Part shown: one piece after another, positions 27,295-36,508 of the stretch | Position numbering within the stretch: position 1 is the first letter of the stretch | Layout: every line of letters begins with the position of its first letter | DNA from: Candidatus Micrarchaeota archaeon | Lineage (GTDB): Archaea > Micrarchaeota > Micrarchaeia > Anstonellales > Bilamarchaeaceae | Assembly: GCA_964552755.1 (NCBI GenBank) | Contig: CAZKHX010000003.1 | Location: 11,899 to 75,898, forward strand | Reading direction: 5' to 3' | Length of the DNA: 64,000 bases | The notes under the pieces: generated by a model | Databases searched by the model: none | Seen by the model: only the letters and a program-made list of their open reading frames with translations | Told to the model about the DNA's origin: nothing | Made by a program: the position numbers and the translations under genes

Positions 27295-27422
27295 GCTCCG
27301 ATAGTCTAGCCCGGTCTAGGATGTCGGCCTTTCGGCGAACCCTTTTTGGGCTGCCTAAAAGCGTTCACGGAAAAGGGCTCGAAAGAAAGCCGATGGCCCG
27401 GGTTCAAATCCCGGTCGGAGCA
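27295..27422 (+). tRNA. tRNA-Glu (anticodon UUC) with ~53-nt intron after position 37
   Basis: Hand-folded: acceptor GCTCCGA/TCGGAGC, D arm GTCT..GGAT, anticodon stem TCGGC/GCCGA, and loop CTTTCG[intron 27335-27387]A with anticodon TTC at 27331-27333. The T arm is CCGGG-TTCAAAT-CCCGG and the discriminator is A. No CCA is encoded. A T5 run follows at 27427-27431. Confidence 0.8.
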
Positions 27423-27449
27423 AGCCTTTTTGTCTTAGTCTTACCGAGG

Positions 27450-27656
27450 GCAATCAGTCGCCGCTTCCGGCAGCTCCAACCCGCAGGCAAAGCCTGCGGA
27501 AACCCTTGGGAGCGACACCGCAGGTGTCGCGTTGGAGCACCAGCAGGTGTGACTGAAAAACCCTTAGGCCCACTACGCATTTTGGGCATCTCAAACCCCT
27601 TAGACGCGCCCATGGCTCAGGCCACGCCGGGCGCCCTTCCGAAGCGGGCGGATTGC
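27450..27656. other. highly structured, palindrome-rich intergenic element (candidate ncRNA or protein-binding DNA array), identity unknown
   Basis: A terminal helix pairs GCAATC..CGCCGCTTCCGG (27450-27470) with CCGAAGCGGGCGGATTGC (27639-27656). An inner helix pairs GCTCCAAC with GTTGGAGC and encloses two hairpins, and two further hairpins follow. All pairs are Watson-Crick, so the strand cannot be inferred. Confidence 0.3.
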
Positions 27657-27703
27657 TGTTTAAATATGTTTTTGTGCATAACAAAGTGTGGTGGGGTACT
27701 GCT

Positions 27704-28660
27704 ATGAAAACCAATTCACCGCAACTTAAGGGGAGGAAAGAGGATACGGGAAGAACTGATTTCGGAAAAAGGCATTTCATCGACACTGTGAAATCAGTGG
27801 CGAAGCCGGTCGTGATTTTGGCGACCAGCGCGGGGCTCGCGCTCATGCCCTGCAGCACCCTTGCGGACAAGCCGAAAAAGGACAAGGGCGCGCAGAAGAA
27901 AGAGGAAAAGAAAAAGCTCGACGTCAATGAACTCAAAGATGGCGCAATCACGTACGAGAAGATAATCCCGAGCGACTATGGATTTTACGTGAAGGCCGCG
28001 CACAAGAAGCCCATCCAGCTGGAAAACACGAAGGTGAAGGCAAGTGCTTCTGCAGTCGTTTCACATGTGGACGGCTTCCTCAGCTATGTGGTGGTCACCC
28101 TGAAGGGGCCCGACAAGAAAGAGCTGGCCGACCCTACGAGCTACGACGGCGAAAAGCAGGGCGTGGACCAGAAATTCATAGTGGACCTCGACAAGCTGGA
28201 GAAGGCGCTTGGGAAGAAGCTGGAGGCAGTGCACCTAATACTGAAGCATGTCGAAGCAAAGAAGCTCGGCGGGAAAATCAAGGCAGGCGAGCCGGGGGGA
28301 AGCGGCGGGAGCTATAAGGACCCGTTTGACAGCGGCCCGGATGAAGCGCCGAAGAAAGGCGCAAACCCCTTCCTTGGTGAACTGGCCGGGGGCTCGGAAT
28401 ACATAGAAAAGCTCGAGGTCTACGTCATTCCCGGGACCGAATCGGAAGTCAAGAACTGCGGCATCGCGGAAGGGATGCCCGTGCTGCGCCTCACCATCTC
28501 GAAGAACCCAGATACCGGGAAATACGAAATAGAGGAAAACCTTGAGCTGGTCACCTCCGGCATAAACTTAGGCATCGGAAACCCGTGGGGAATACCCAAC
28601 CCGGGCACAGATGGGAAGCCGCTCCAGTTCGGTGCTCCGGTTCAGGGCTCAAAGTCCTGA
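27704..28660 (+). CDS. secreted or lipid-anchored hypothetical protein
   Basis: It was trimmed to ATG 27704. The N-terminal hydrophobic stretch VVILATSAGLALMPCSTLAD (signal/lipobox-like) is followed by a K/E-rich linker. There is no family motif. Confidence 0.45.
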   Translation: MKTNSPQLKGRKEDTGRTDFGKRHFIDTVKSVAKPVVILATSAGLALMPCSTLADKPKKDKGAQKKEEKKKLDVNELKDGAITYEKIIPSDYGFYVKAAHKKPIQLENTKVKASASAVVSHVDGFLSYVVVTLKGPDKKELADPTSYDGEKQGVDQKFIVDLDKLEKALGKKLEAVHLILKHVEAKKLGGKIKAGEPGGSGGSYKDPFDSGPDEAPKKGANPFLGELAGGSEYIEKLEVYVIPGTESEVKNCGIAEGMPVLRLTISKNPDTGKYEIEENLELVTSGINLGIGNPWGIPNPGTDGKPLQFGAPVQGSKS

Positions 28661-28714
28661 AAGCGATAATTGCGGGAAGGAGATTGCCCCTTCCCTGTTC
28701 TTTTTATTTCTAAA

Positions 28715-29371
28715 TCACTTGGATTTTTTCTCCACGGGCTTGCGCTTCCTTCTTTTCTGCACGAAGCTGAACAGGGGCACAAGCAGGTAGACAATGTTGC
28801 TCCACCCGGGCACCCAGAAAGATATCACTATCCCGAGCAGGGCCACAAGCATGAAGCGCTTGGTGATGTCCATCCCTATCCTGAATGACTCCGGCTCGAA
28901 CCTGTCCGCATCCACGAGCGCCTGGTGGCGGTTCACGTACAGCGACTGCAGGTAAAGGAAAAGCAGCACGCCCAGCATGTTCAGGTGGAAGAATATCTCC
29001 GCGGTGGTGGAATCGCTGTAGCTCCCGATCAGCTCTGTCGAGAAGGGGAGGAATACCACGAAAAGGAGGCAGATGAGGTTGAGCCACACGTATTTCTCGT
29101 CCACGCGGCCTATGTGCCTGAACTGCCAGTTGTGCGCAACCCAGAAGAAGCCGAGAATCATGAAGCTGAGCGCGTAATCAAAGAGTATGGGCCATTGGCT
29201 GAGCAGCGTGCCGTCCGCGGCCCCGGCAGAGCCGTCCGGCATCCTGATGCTGAATATCAGGAGCGTCATTGCGAACGCATATACTGCATCCACTATTGCC
29301 GCGAGCCGGGCGCGCTCAAGGAACTTCAGCGCCTTTGGCGGCGCCTTCTTCTTTTCGTCATCCTCCGCCAT
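28715..29371 (-). CDS. TMEM175/DUF1211-family putative K+ channel
   Basis: It has a helix-1 signature [19 protein letters not shown] (compare RxxxFSDGVFAIAITLL) and six TM helices. Confidence 0.6.
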   Translation of the reverse strand: MAEDDEKKKAPPKALKFLERARLAAIVDAVYAFAMTLLIFSIRMPDGSAGAADGTLLSQWPILFDYALSFMILGFFWVAHNWQFRHIGRVDEKYVWLNLICLLFVVFLPFSTELIGSYSDSTTAEIFFHLNMLGVLLFLYLQSLYVNRHQALVDADRFEPESFRIGMDITKRFMLVALLGIVISFWVPGWSNIVYLLVPLFSFVQKRRKRKPVEKKSK

Positions 29372-30338
29372 CCTGCCCCCCCTTTCCGATGAGCATCAGC
29401 TGCGCAAGCAGGGCCTCTATCTGTATCCGCTCATTCGCCCCTTCCACAAGGCGGAAATTGTACTCGCCTATCCTGTCCACGATGAGCACCTTTGACTTCT
29501 CGGGGATTTCGAGCTTGCCCACCTCGCGGTACATCTGCAGCAGCACATCCTCGCCGCTCAGGCCGTAATTGATGGTGAGCGCATGCAGGCGCTCCCTCGC
29601 GCCTTCGAATTCGCCTTTGAGCGCAAGCTCGACCATCTCGCGGATTTCCGCGGGCCGGGCGCGCGAGCTTATCTTGTAAACGAGCTCCTGCGTTATCTTG
29701 TCCGAATGGATTGCCGCGCCCTGCAGGGTGTTGATTGCCTTGCGCATGTCCCCCTCTGAGATATAGTAGATTGCGTCGAGCGCGCCCTTGTCCGCCTGCA
29801 CGCCCTCCGCCTTTGCAACCTTTTCAAGCATGCCCTTCACGTCGCCTTCCTGCAGGGGCGCGAACCGGAAGATTGCGCACCTGCTCTGGATGGGCTCTAT
29901 GATTTTTGAGGAGTAATTGCAGGAAAGGATGAAGCGCGTCTGCTTGGAATAGAGTTCCATCGTCCTGCGGAGCGCGTGCTGCGCGTCAGAAGTGAGCGCG
30001 TCCGCCTCATCAAGGAACACTATTTTGAAAGGGATGTCGCCCAGCGCGACCGAGCGGGCGAAATCCTTTATCTTGCCGCGCACCACGTCTATGCCTCGCT
30101 CATCGCTCGCATTCAGCTCCGCAAGCTTGCCGCGGAGCTCGTCCCCGTAGAGCTCCTGCGCCAGCGCAAGCGCAAGGGTTGTTTTCCCAACTCCCGCGGG
30201 GCCGGCGAACAGCATGTTGGGCATGTTCTGCTTCTTCACGAATCCGCTGAGCGTCTTCACTATCTCCCCCTGGCCCGCAACCTCCCCGAGCTTCTTCGGG
30301 CGGTATTTCTCGGTCCAGGGGAGAATGTCAGCATCCAT
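29358..30338 (-). CDS. rfcS: replication factor C small subunit
   Basis: [16 protein letters not shown], Walker [12 protein letters not shown], Walker [10 protein letters not shown] and the SRC box ([11 protein letters not shown]) are present. The track's N-terminal extension to 30536 was rejected. Confidence 0.9.
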   Translation of the reverse strand: MDADILPWTEKYRPKKLGEVAGQGEIVKTLSGFVKKQNMPNMLFAGPAGVGKTTLALALAQELYGDELRGKLAELNASDERGIDVVRGKIKDFARSVALGDIPFKIVFLDEADALTSDAQHALRRTMELYSKQTRFILSCNYSSKIIEPIQSRCAIFRFAPLQEGDVKGMLEKVAKAEGVQADKGALDAIYYISEGDMRKAINTLQGAAIHSDKITQELVYKISSRARPAEIREMVELALKGEFEGARERLHALTINYGLSGEDVLLQMYREVGKLEIPEKSKVLIVDRIGEYNFRLVEGANERIQIEALLAQLMLIGKGGQDGGG

Positions 30339-30368
30339 TAGGGCACCTAGGGGGATTTGGAAGGTGGG

Positions 30369-30377
30369 AATTAAAAA
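30369..30377. promoter_or_regulatory. TATA-like box (AATTAAAAA) between rfcS and the 55-aa zinc-ribbon ORF
   Basis: Its centre is 26 nt from ATG 30399 (+) and 35 nt from ATG 30338 (-). Confidence 0.3.
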
Positions 30378-30398
30378 CCTTGATTCGGTACCTTTCCC

Positions 30399-30566
30399 AT
30401 GTCGACTTACGAATGCCCTGAGTGCGGGAGGAAGTACGAGGTGGACGACACCTGCTGCGACGAGATGATGACGGGCGAGGGGAATGAGCTCACCTGCAGC
30501 ATCTGCGGCAACACGGTGGAAATCCCTTCCTGCCACGGGAAAGTGATGGTGCGGCTCGAGGAGTAA
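30399..30566 (+). CDS. 55-aa zinc-ribbon protein (below ORF-track cutoff)
   Basis: My own translation is [55 protein letters not shown], with CPxC...CxxC pairs. The ATG lies 26 nt from an AATTAAAAA box. It fills an otherwise empty divergent intergenic region. Confidence 0.4.
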   Translation: MSTYECPECGRKYEVDDTCCDEMMTGEGNELTCSICGNTVEIPSCHGKVMVRLEE

Positions 30567-30613
30567 TGCTTATCTTTATATACTATGTCTCCCCATAATG
30601 CTCGGTGTGGGGT

Positions 30614-31513
30614 ATGGACTTAATATCCTTCAGAGACCTTGATAAGGAACAGGCGGAAAAGATCTTCGCGGAAGCGAAAAAGATGGATGGGCAGCTCGCT
30701 TCCGGAAAAGTGGAGAAGATTGATGGCATCCTTGCGACCATGTTCTTCGAGCCCTCCACGAGGACGAAGCTCTCCTTCCAGGCGGCCGGCGAGCGGCTCG
30801 GCCTGCAGGTGATTGACTTCCTTACGGAGAAGAGCTCGGTGAAGAAGGGCGAATCCTTCGTGGACACCATAAAGACGGTGGACGGGTATGCGGATGTCAT
30901 TGCGATAAGGCACCCGGCGGAGGGGAGCGCCCGCCTCGCGGCCGAGGTTGCAGACGCGCCCGTGCTGAACGGCGGGGACGGGGCAAACCAGCATCCCACG
31001 CAGACGCTCCTTGACCTATATACTATTAGGAAGCTCAAGGGGAAGATTGCCGGGCAGAAGGTGCACCTCGTGGGCGACCTGAAGCACGCGCGCACCATGC
31101 ATTCGCTCCTCTACGGGCTGGCGATGTTCGGCGCGGAAATCACCATGGTTGCGCCCAAAGGGCTCGAAGTGGGGAAAGAATACCTCGAGGACATAAAGAG
31201 ATTCAGGCCCAAGGTGAAGAGCGAGGGCAGGATAGACCTCTCGGATGCGGACATCCTCTACGTGTGCAGGGTGCAGGCGGAGAGGTTCGCGGACAAGTAC
31301 GAGGCGGAGAGGGTAAAGAAGGAGTTCACCATCAGCCCCGAATATATAAAGGAGGGCAAGGAAGATTTGGTGATTATGCACCCGCTCCCGAAAATAGACG
31401 AAATCCCGCCTGAAATAGACCGGATGGAGCAGGCAAAGTACTTCGAGCAGGCGAAGAACGGCATACCGGTAAGGATGGCGGCAATCAAGATGCTTCTTGA
31501 GGGAGGGATGTGA
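30614..31513 (+). CDS. pyrB: aspartate carbamoyltransferase catalytic subunit
   Basis: FFEPSTRTKLSF, HPTQ and HPLP motifs are present. ATG at 30614 was chosen because the track start at 30605 is GTG. Confidence 0.9.
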   Translation: MDLISFRDLDKEQAEKIFAEAKKMDGQLASGKVEKIDGILATMFFEPSTRTKLSFQAAGERLGLQVIDFLTEKSSVKKGESFVDTIKTVDGYADVIAIRHPAEGSARLAAEVADAPVLNGGDGANQHPTQTLLDLYTIRKLKGKIAGQKVHLVGDLKHARTMHSLLYGLAMFGAEITMVAPKGLEVGKEYLEDIKRFRPKVKSEGRIDLSDADILYVCRVQAERFADKYEAERVKKEFTISPEYIKEGKEDLVIMHPLPKIDEIPPEIDRMEQAKYFEQAKNGIPVRMAAIKMLLEGGM

Positions 31514-31514
31514 A

Positions 31515-31946
31515 ATGCTCAAGGTAGACATTATAGAGAACGGCACTGTGGTGGACCACATAAAGGCGGGCATGGGCCAGAAGGTGCTCGCGCTCCTCGG
31601 GATAGATGAGGGCTACGGAAGCCGCGTGGCGCTGGTGATGAACGTAACCAGCAAGCAGATGGGGAAGAAGGACATCGTGAAAATCGAGGGCACGCTGGTC
31701 GGGAAGGAAAAAACAGATGCGATTGCGCTCGTTTCCCCGCATGCGACCGTGAACCTCATCAAGGAGGGCAAGGTCGCGGACAAGACCAAGGCCGAGCTGC
31801 CGGAGAAGCTTTCCGGGGTGGGGCAGTGCCCAAACCCCAACTGCATAAGCACGCTGGACAGGTGGCCTGCGAAGTTCTCAAAGGAAAAGGAAGAGTACCG
31901 GTGCCATTACTGCGAGAGGCTTTTCAGGCCGGAAGAGCTGGTCTGA
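31515..31946 (+). CDS. pyrI: aspartate carbamoyltransferase regulatory subunit
   Basis: MLKVDIIENGTVVDHI... is followed by a C-terminal zinc domain CPNPNCIS...CHYCE. It starts 2 nt after the pyrB stop. Confidence 0.85.
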   Translation: MLKVDIIENGTVVDHIKAGMGQKVLALLGIDEGYGSRVALVMNVTSKQMGKKDIVKIEGTLVGKEKTDAIALVSPHATVNLIKEGKVADKTKAELPEKLSGVGQCPNPNCISTLDRWPAKFSKEKEEYRCHYCERLFRPEELV

Positions 31947-31981
31947 AAAGGTTTAAAACCCCTGTGGGCAGGTAATCAACC

Positions 31982-32824
31982 ATGAGGTTCACGTCGCCTA
32001 CATTCTCTGATTTGTACGGGGCAGACATAGAGGTGAAGAGGTTCCCGGACGGGGACTGCTACGTGCGGCTCCTCAGGCCGGAAAAGGGCCGCGGGGAAGC
32101 CTGCCTCCTCCACCGCCTATATCCTGGGCAGGACCAGTCGCTCATGCAGGCGGTGCTCATGCTAGGGGCAGTAAGCGAACTTGGCTACTCGCCCATTTTG
32201 GTTGCGCCCTACCTGCCATATTCCCGGCAGGACAAGGTTTTCAGGGAGGGGGAGGCAAAGAGCGCGGAGCTCGTGTGCAGGATGCTGAAGGATGCGGGCG
32301 CGGAGAAGCTCATCACCTTCGATTGCCACTTCCTCAAGAAGAAGGGCGAATTCGAATACGGAGGGCTGAAGATTGAAAACCTCTCCATGAACGAAGAGCT
32401 CGTGAAGGCTGCCGGGGAGAAGTTCGGCGGGCCTTTCGAAGTCATAAGCCCGGACATGGGGGCGCGCTACCTGGTAGAGGACTTCGGGGGCAAGAGCATG
32501 GAGAAAGAGCGCGGCGGGATGGCCGAAGGCGAAGAGGCCTACCGCGAGATAAAGGAAATGAAGGTGGAGGGCGACTTCAGGGGGAAGAGCGTGCTCATAC
32601 TCGACGACATGGTTTCAACCGGCTCAACGATGGTAAAGGCCGCGGAGAAGCTGAAGGGGGAGGGCGCCGCAAAGGTGATGTTCGCGGCAACGCACGGCTT
32701 CTTCCTCAAGGGCTCGCTGGAGAAGCTCAGGGCGCTCGGGGAGGTAATCGTCTCGGACAGCATCCCCTCGCCCGCATCTGAGGTTAGCATAAAGGAAAGC
32801 ATCGAGGCCGCCCTGCGCGGATGA
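31982..32824 (+). CDS. prs: ribose-phosphate pyrophosphokinase
   Basis: The PRPP-binding loop VLILDDMVSTGSTM and YLPYSRQDK are present. Confidence 0.85.
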   Translation: MRFTSPTFSDLYGADIEVKRFPDGDCYVRLLRPEKGRGEACLLHRLYPGQDQSLMQAVLMLGAVSELGYSPILVAPYLPYSRQDKVFREGEAKSAELVCRMLKDAGAEKLITFDCHFLKKKGEFEYGGLKIENLSMNEELVKAAGEKFGGPFEVISPDMGARYLVEDFGGKSMEKERGGMAEGEEAYREIKEMKVEGDFRGKSVLILDDMVSTGSTMVKAAEKLKGEGAAKVMFAATHGFFLKGSLEKLRALGEVIVSDSIPSPASEVSIKESIEAALRG

Positions 32825-33969
32825 TTTTGATGAAAATTGCATTCTTCACGGATACATACGTTCCCAACCGGGACGGCGTGGTTACTGCGCTGGTCAACTA
32901 CAAGCAGGAGCTGGAGAAGCTCGGGCACGAGGTGTACATATTCACCCCGGGCACGAAGAAGCAGAAGAAGGAGAACAGGGACAAGAAGGTCTACTATTTC
33001 ACGTCCGCCTCGTTCAAGCCATACCCGGACTACCGGCTCTCGCTGTTCCCGTTCCTTTCCGCGGTGAAGGCAGTGAAGGAGATAAAGCCGGACATAGTGC
33101 ATTCCCACGGGGTCGCGACCACCGGGCTGGCGGCCGTGCAGTGCTCGCGCAGCCTTAAGGTGCCTGCAATCGCGAGCTTCCATACCATGATCCCGCAGGC
33201 GACCCACTACCTCGCAAAGAAGGAGGATACGCAGAAGCTCCTGGAGAAGGTCGCATGGAAATACCTCAGGTGGTACTATTCCCTCTTCCGCATTGTCACC
33301 GTGCCCAGCGAGCATACGGCAAAGATACTCCGGCAGCACGGGATTGAGAATACGCGCGTGCTCCCCATGGGCATCAGCGTGAAGTACTATGCGAACGGTG
33401 ACGGCAAGAAGGTGCGCGACAAATACTCACTGGGCAAAAAGAAAATCGTGCTGCACGTGGGTAGGATGGTGGAGGAGAAGAACATCGGCATGCTCATAAA
33501 CGAGGCGCAGTCCATAGTGAACAAGAACCCGGACATACGGTTCGTGATGGTGGGCGGCGGACCCGCGGAGGAAAGCTTCCGCAGCATGGCGAGAATGAAG
33601 GGCGTGGATGAGTATTTCGTATTCACGGGCTTCGTGCCAAGGGAGGAACTGCCCGATTACTATGCCGCGGCGGACGCATTCGCATTCCCCTCGACCTTCG
33701 ACACGCAGGGGCTTGTTGCGCTCGAGGCGATGGCCGCGGGCGTGCCCGTGGTGGTGCAGGCGGACTCTGCGGCCGCAGAGATTGTTGAGGACGGGGTGAA
33801 CGGCTTCACTTTCAAAAGCCCGATTGATTTCAGGGAGAAAATCCTTGCCGCGGTCGCGGGCAAGGGCAGGATGTCAGAAGCGGCAAGTAAAAAGGCCGCG
33901 GAATACTCCAAGAGCAGGCGCACTGAGGCGCTTGTGCGGCTCTACGAATCTATACTTTCATCTCCTTGA
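32821..33969 (+). CDS. GT4-family (GT-B fold) glycosyltransferase
   Basis: MKIAFFTDTYVPNRDGV, the C-terminal FAFPSTFDTQGLVALEAMAAGVPVV (E-x7-E region) and VEDGVNGF are present. Confidence 0.75.
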   Translation: MILMKIAFFTDTYVPNRDGVVTALVNYKQELEKLGHEVYIFTPGTKKQKKENRDKKVYYFTSASFKPYPDYRLSLFPFLSAVKAVKEIKPDIVHSHGVATTGLAAVQCSRSLKVPAIASFHTMIPQATHYLAKKEDTQKLLEKVAWKYLRWYYSLFRIVTVPSEHTAKILRQHGIENTRVLPMGISVKYYANGDGKKVRDKYSLGKKKIVLHVGRMVEEKNIGMLINEAQSIVNKNPDIRFVMVGGGPAEESFRSMARMKGVDEYFVFTGFVPREELPDYYAAADAFAFPSTFDTQGLVALEAMAAGVPVVVQADSAAAEIVEDGVNGFTFKSPIDFREKILAAVAGKGRMSEAASKKAAEYSKSRRTEALVRLYESILSSP

Positions 33970-36508
33970 CCATTTCCTCGAATTCCTTCCACGTCTTTAT
34001 GGAGACCGAGCCGGCCTGCAGCTCAGCCTTAAGCAGGCTCGGGATGGACTCCCCGTTGGAAAGCTGGTCGTAGAGCTCCTCCTTTTCCGCGGTGCCCTCC
34101 ACCAGTATTATGTTCGGCCCCTTGGGGATTGACTTTAGCACGTGCATTATCGTGGTCTCGGGGCCCTCGTGCATATGCACATACATCTCCTGGCCCATGA
34201 TTGTTATCTTGCTGTCATAGGGATTGCCCTTGCTGACCCCGGTGAACGGAACTGCGTTGTTGATGCAGATGTCCCTTAGCTTCCTGAACAGCGCAAGGTA
34301 GCGGGCACTCCTCCCGGACTCCTTCTCCCATGCAACGGGGCAATAGTAGCTCAGTTCCTTCTTCAGCATCCCCTGCGCAATCAGGCTGTCGAGGATGAAT
34401 TCCAGGTTGTAGTCGCTGATGAAGATGTGCCTGCCCTGGTGGAGCATGTCCCTGAAGCCGCTCTTCACCTCGGAGAGCTTGAGCGGCGTGTCCTTCCATT
34501 TGTATTTCCTGTCTACCTTGTCGAAAATCTTCAGCAGGGTGTCCTTCTTCAGGGGTATCTTATTGGTTTCCTGCGGCGGGAAGTCCGGGATGTCCAGGCC
34601 GTATATCGCCGCCTCCTCCCTGCGGAGCGCCATGCCGATGCCCACTATTATGAGCGCAAGGAGCACGACCCCGATTGCAAGCGGGTCGGTGAATATGGAT
34701 GCCTGCGCGGTCTTTTCCAATACTATTGTCTCTTCATAGCCGCCGAGCGTGAACGTGAACTCGTGCCTGCCGTCCGGCAGGGAATACCCGCGCTCATGCA
34801 GGTCGACCTCCAGGTAGCTGGAGTCCATGAACGTGTACGTCCCGTACTGGCCGTTGTCCACGCTCACTTTCACTTCGCTGAGCGCAAGCGGGGCGTCATC
34901 AGCCATTACGGTATACCTGTATATGTCATAGCGGAAAATAGGGGCCTGCGCAACTATGCGCACCGCCGCTGCGCGCATGTATCCGCGCGCATATGTGTTC
35001 CCGTCCTGGTCCTGCACGTTGAGTATGTAGTTGCCGGGCACCAGGCTGAAAGTGTACGGTGTGCTGGGCTCGGAATTCAGGCTCACGGGCGCGCTGCCCA
35101 CGCCCTTCCTGTCCACCTCTCCGCTTATGTTCGTGATTACGAGGAACAGCCTCTTCTCCTCCGGCTCCGGCTCGCGCAGCTGGATGAGCAGGTCCGTTCC
35201 TGTGGGCTCCACCTCCCCGGGGAGCACGGTGTGGCCCGCCGGGCTGAACACCTCGCCCCTTGCCTTCTTCTGCAGGTGCACTACATTCATGAAGCCGATG
35301 CCAAGCGTTGAATTGTACCCCACTATTTTCATGTACTTGTCATCGCCCTCAAAAGTGCTTGTGAAGAGCTCGAGGTATTCCTCCCCGCCCTCCAGCGCGG
35401 AGAAGTGGGCCGCGGTTGCCGAGGGGGTCAGCCACGGGTCAGTGAGCACCATGTACGCGACATCCGAAGCGGCCTGCTGCCCGTTTTCCCACCCGCCGTC
35501 CAGCGTCTGCGGGACCACGAGAAGGAATCCCTTCTCGCATTTCAGTGCGCTCATCGCGCCCCAGAACATCCAGCTGCCGTCCAGCCCGCTGACCTGGTAA
35601 AGCGGGTTCTTGAGGGTAGTGTCCGAAGAGGGCGTGAGCTGCACCTGCTTGTTTATGGTGAGCTTCCTGTCTTTCAGCGCGAGGAAGCCGGCCGGGGAAT
35701 TCACCACCGAGCCGCCCTCGCTCATCATCTTGTCAAAGGCCTGCCCTACGTAGAGCACCGTCACGCCGCGGTCCATCAATGAGTAAAGCTTCGGGTATTC
35801 CCCTGTGATGAGCTGCTCCGGCACGTAGCCGCTCGGCACTATGAGAAGCGCGCCCATCGGGAGGCTGTCCACCTCAGCGGAGCTGATTTCATTCACCGGG
35901 ATGCTGTATGCGCCAAGGTAAAGCTCGAGGCTCTTGTAGAACGGGTCGAAGCTTTCCGCCTGGTAGCGGCTGCTGCGCAGCACGTAGACCGCGGAGGGCG
36001 AGACTGAATCATAGACATTTGCGGCAATCCCTATCTCGGGCACGTCTGTGGATGAAACGAACAATTTCGCATAGCCCGTATGGTACGGGTAGCGGTAGTT
36101 CTCGGGGTCACTCGCTGTCATTATGTCCGATTCCACCACCATGGAGGAAAGTGACGGGAAGAATGCCTCCCCGCTGGACATCTCCTGCGGGAAAACAAAT
36201 GTCTGCGCATAAAGGAACGCTGCGATTATCGCGAGGAGCAGCACCGCCACCGCGGCTCCGATTTTCTGCACCGTCCTGCTCGCCATAAGCGGCCTCGTGG
36301 GCGGCTTCTCCTCCTCTTCGGCCTTCGCCTTCTTCTCCGCCTTCGGCTTCCTCCTGAAAAGCGAAAGCAGGGCCTTCCTCAGCTCCTCAACCGGGGTCTT
36401 CTCCACCACGCGGTACTTGCTCTCGTAGGAGAACCTTCTCTTTATCTCAAACCGGAAGTCCTTCCCCTTCTTTGATATCCTCAAGTCCTTAAGTGCCATG
36501 CAGCTCAC
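33950..36508 (-). CDS. 852-aa bitopic membrane protein, unknown function (operon member 5)
   Basis: A basic N-terminal cytoplasmic segment is followed by TM1 (IGAAVAVLLLAIIAAFLYA). A ~500-aa extracytoplasmic region comes next, then TM2 (AIGVVLLALIIVGIGMAL) and a ~230-aa cytoplasmic C-domain. It overlaps the upstream gene by 4 nt. Confidence 0.5.
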   Translation of the reverse strand: MSCMALKDLRISKKGKDFRFEIKRRFSYESKYRVVEKTPVEELRKALLSLFRRKPKAEKKAKAEEEEKPPTRPLMASRTVQKIGAAVAVLLLAIIAAFLYAQTFVFPQEMSSGEAFFPSLSSMVVESDIMTASDPENYRYPYHTGYAKLFVSSTDVPEIGIAANVYDSVSPSAVYVLRSSRYQAESFDPFYKSLELYLGAYSIPVNEISSAEVDSLPMGALLIVPSGYVPEQLITGEYPKLYSLMDRGVTVLYVGQAFDKMMSEGGSVVNSPAGFLALKDRKLTINKQVQLTPSSDTTLKNPLYQVSGLDGSWMFWGAMSALKCEKGFLLVVPQTLDGGWENGQQAASDVAYMVLTDPWLTPSATAAHFSALEGGEEYLELFTSTFEGDDKYMKIVGYNSTLGIGFMNVVHLQKKARGEVFSPAGHTVLPGEVEPTGTDLLIQLREPEPEEKRLFLVITNISGEVDRKGVGSAPVSLNSEPSTPYTFSLVPGNYILNVQDQDGNTYARGYMRAAAVRIVAQAPIFRYDIYRYTVMADDAPLALSEVKVSVDNGQYGTYTFMDSSYLEVDLHERGYSLPDGRHEFTFTLGGYEETIVLEKTAQASIFTDPLAIGVVLLALIIVGIGMALRREEAAIYGLDIPDFPPQETNKIPLKKDTLLKIFDKVDRKYKWKDTPLKLSEVKSGFRDMLHQGRHIFISDYNLEFILDSLIAQGMLKKELSYYCPVAWEKESGRSARYLALFRKLRDICINNAVPFTGVSKGNPYDSKITIMGQEMYVHMHEGPETTIMHVLKSIPKGPNIILVEGTAEKEELYDQLSNGESIPSLLKAELQAGSVSIKTWKEFEEMVKEMKV

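Noticed and set aside
27500-27603. The AAACCCTTAGG repeats as a CRISPR array
   Set aside because: The repeats are only ~11 nt long, there are three copies with irregular spacing, there is no 25-40-nt conserved repeat unit, and no cas genes are nearby.
27450-27656. Identification of the structured element as SRP (7S) RNA or RNase P RNA
   Set aside because: The two-hairpins-in-a-helix topology superficially resembles an SRP Alu domain. However, there is no long helix 5, no GGAA/AGCA helix-8 motif and no UGUNR U-turn. No RNase P CR-I (GAGGAAAGUCC) or CR-V is present either. It is left as unknown.
27321-27707. A 128-aa plus-strand ORF spanning tRNA-Glu and the structured spacer
   Set aside because: It starts inside the tRNA gene and reads through the palindromic element. 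A tRNA gene and hairpin array explain the sequence better.
29358-30536. N-terminal extensions of rfcS (to 30536), eno (from 19383), trmO (to 46217), the DUF3467-like gene (to 49081) and the methyltransferase (to 2576)
   Set aside because: The extensions lack homology-like sequence and run into tRNA genes, neighbouring genes or promoters. Conserved N-termini begin at internal Met codons.
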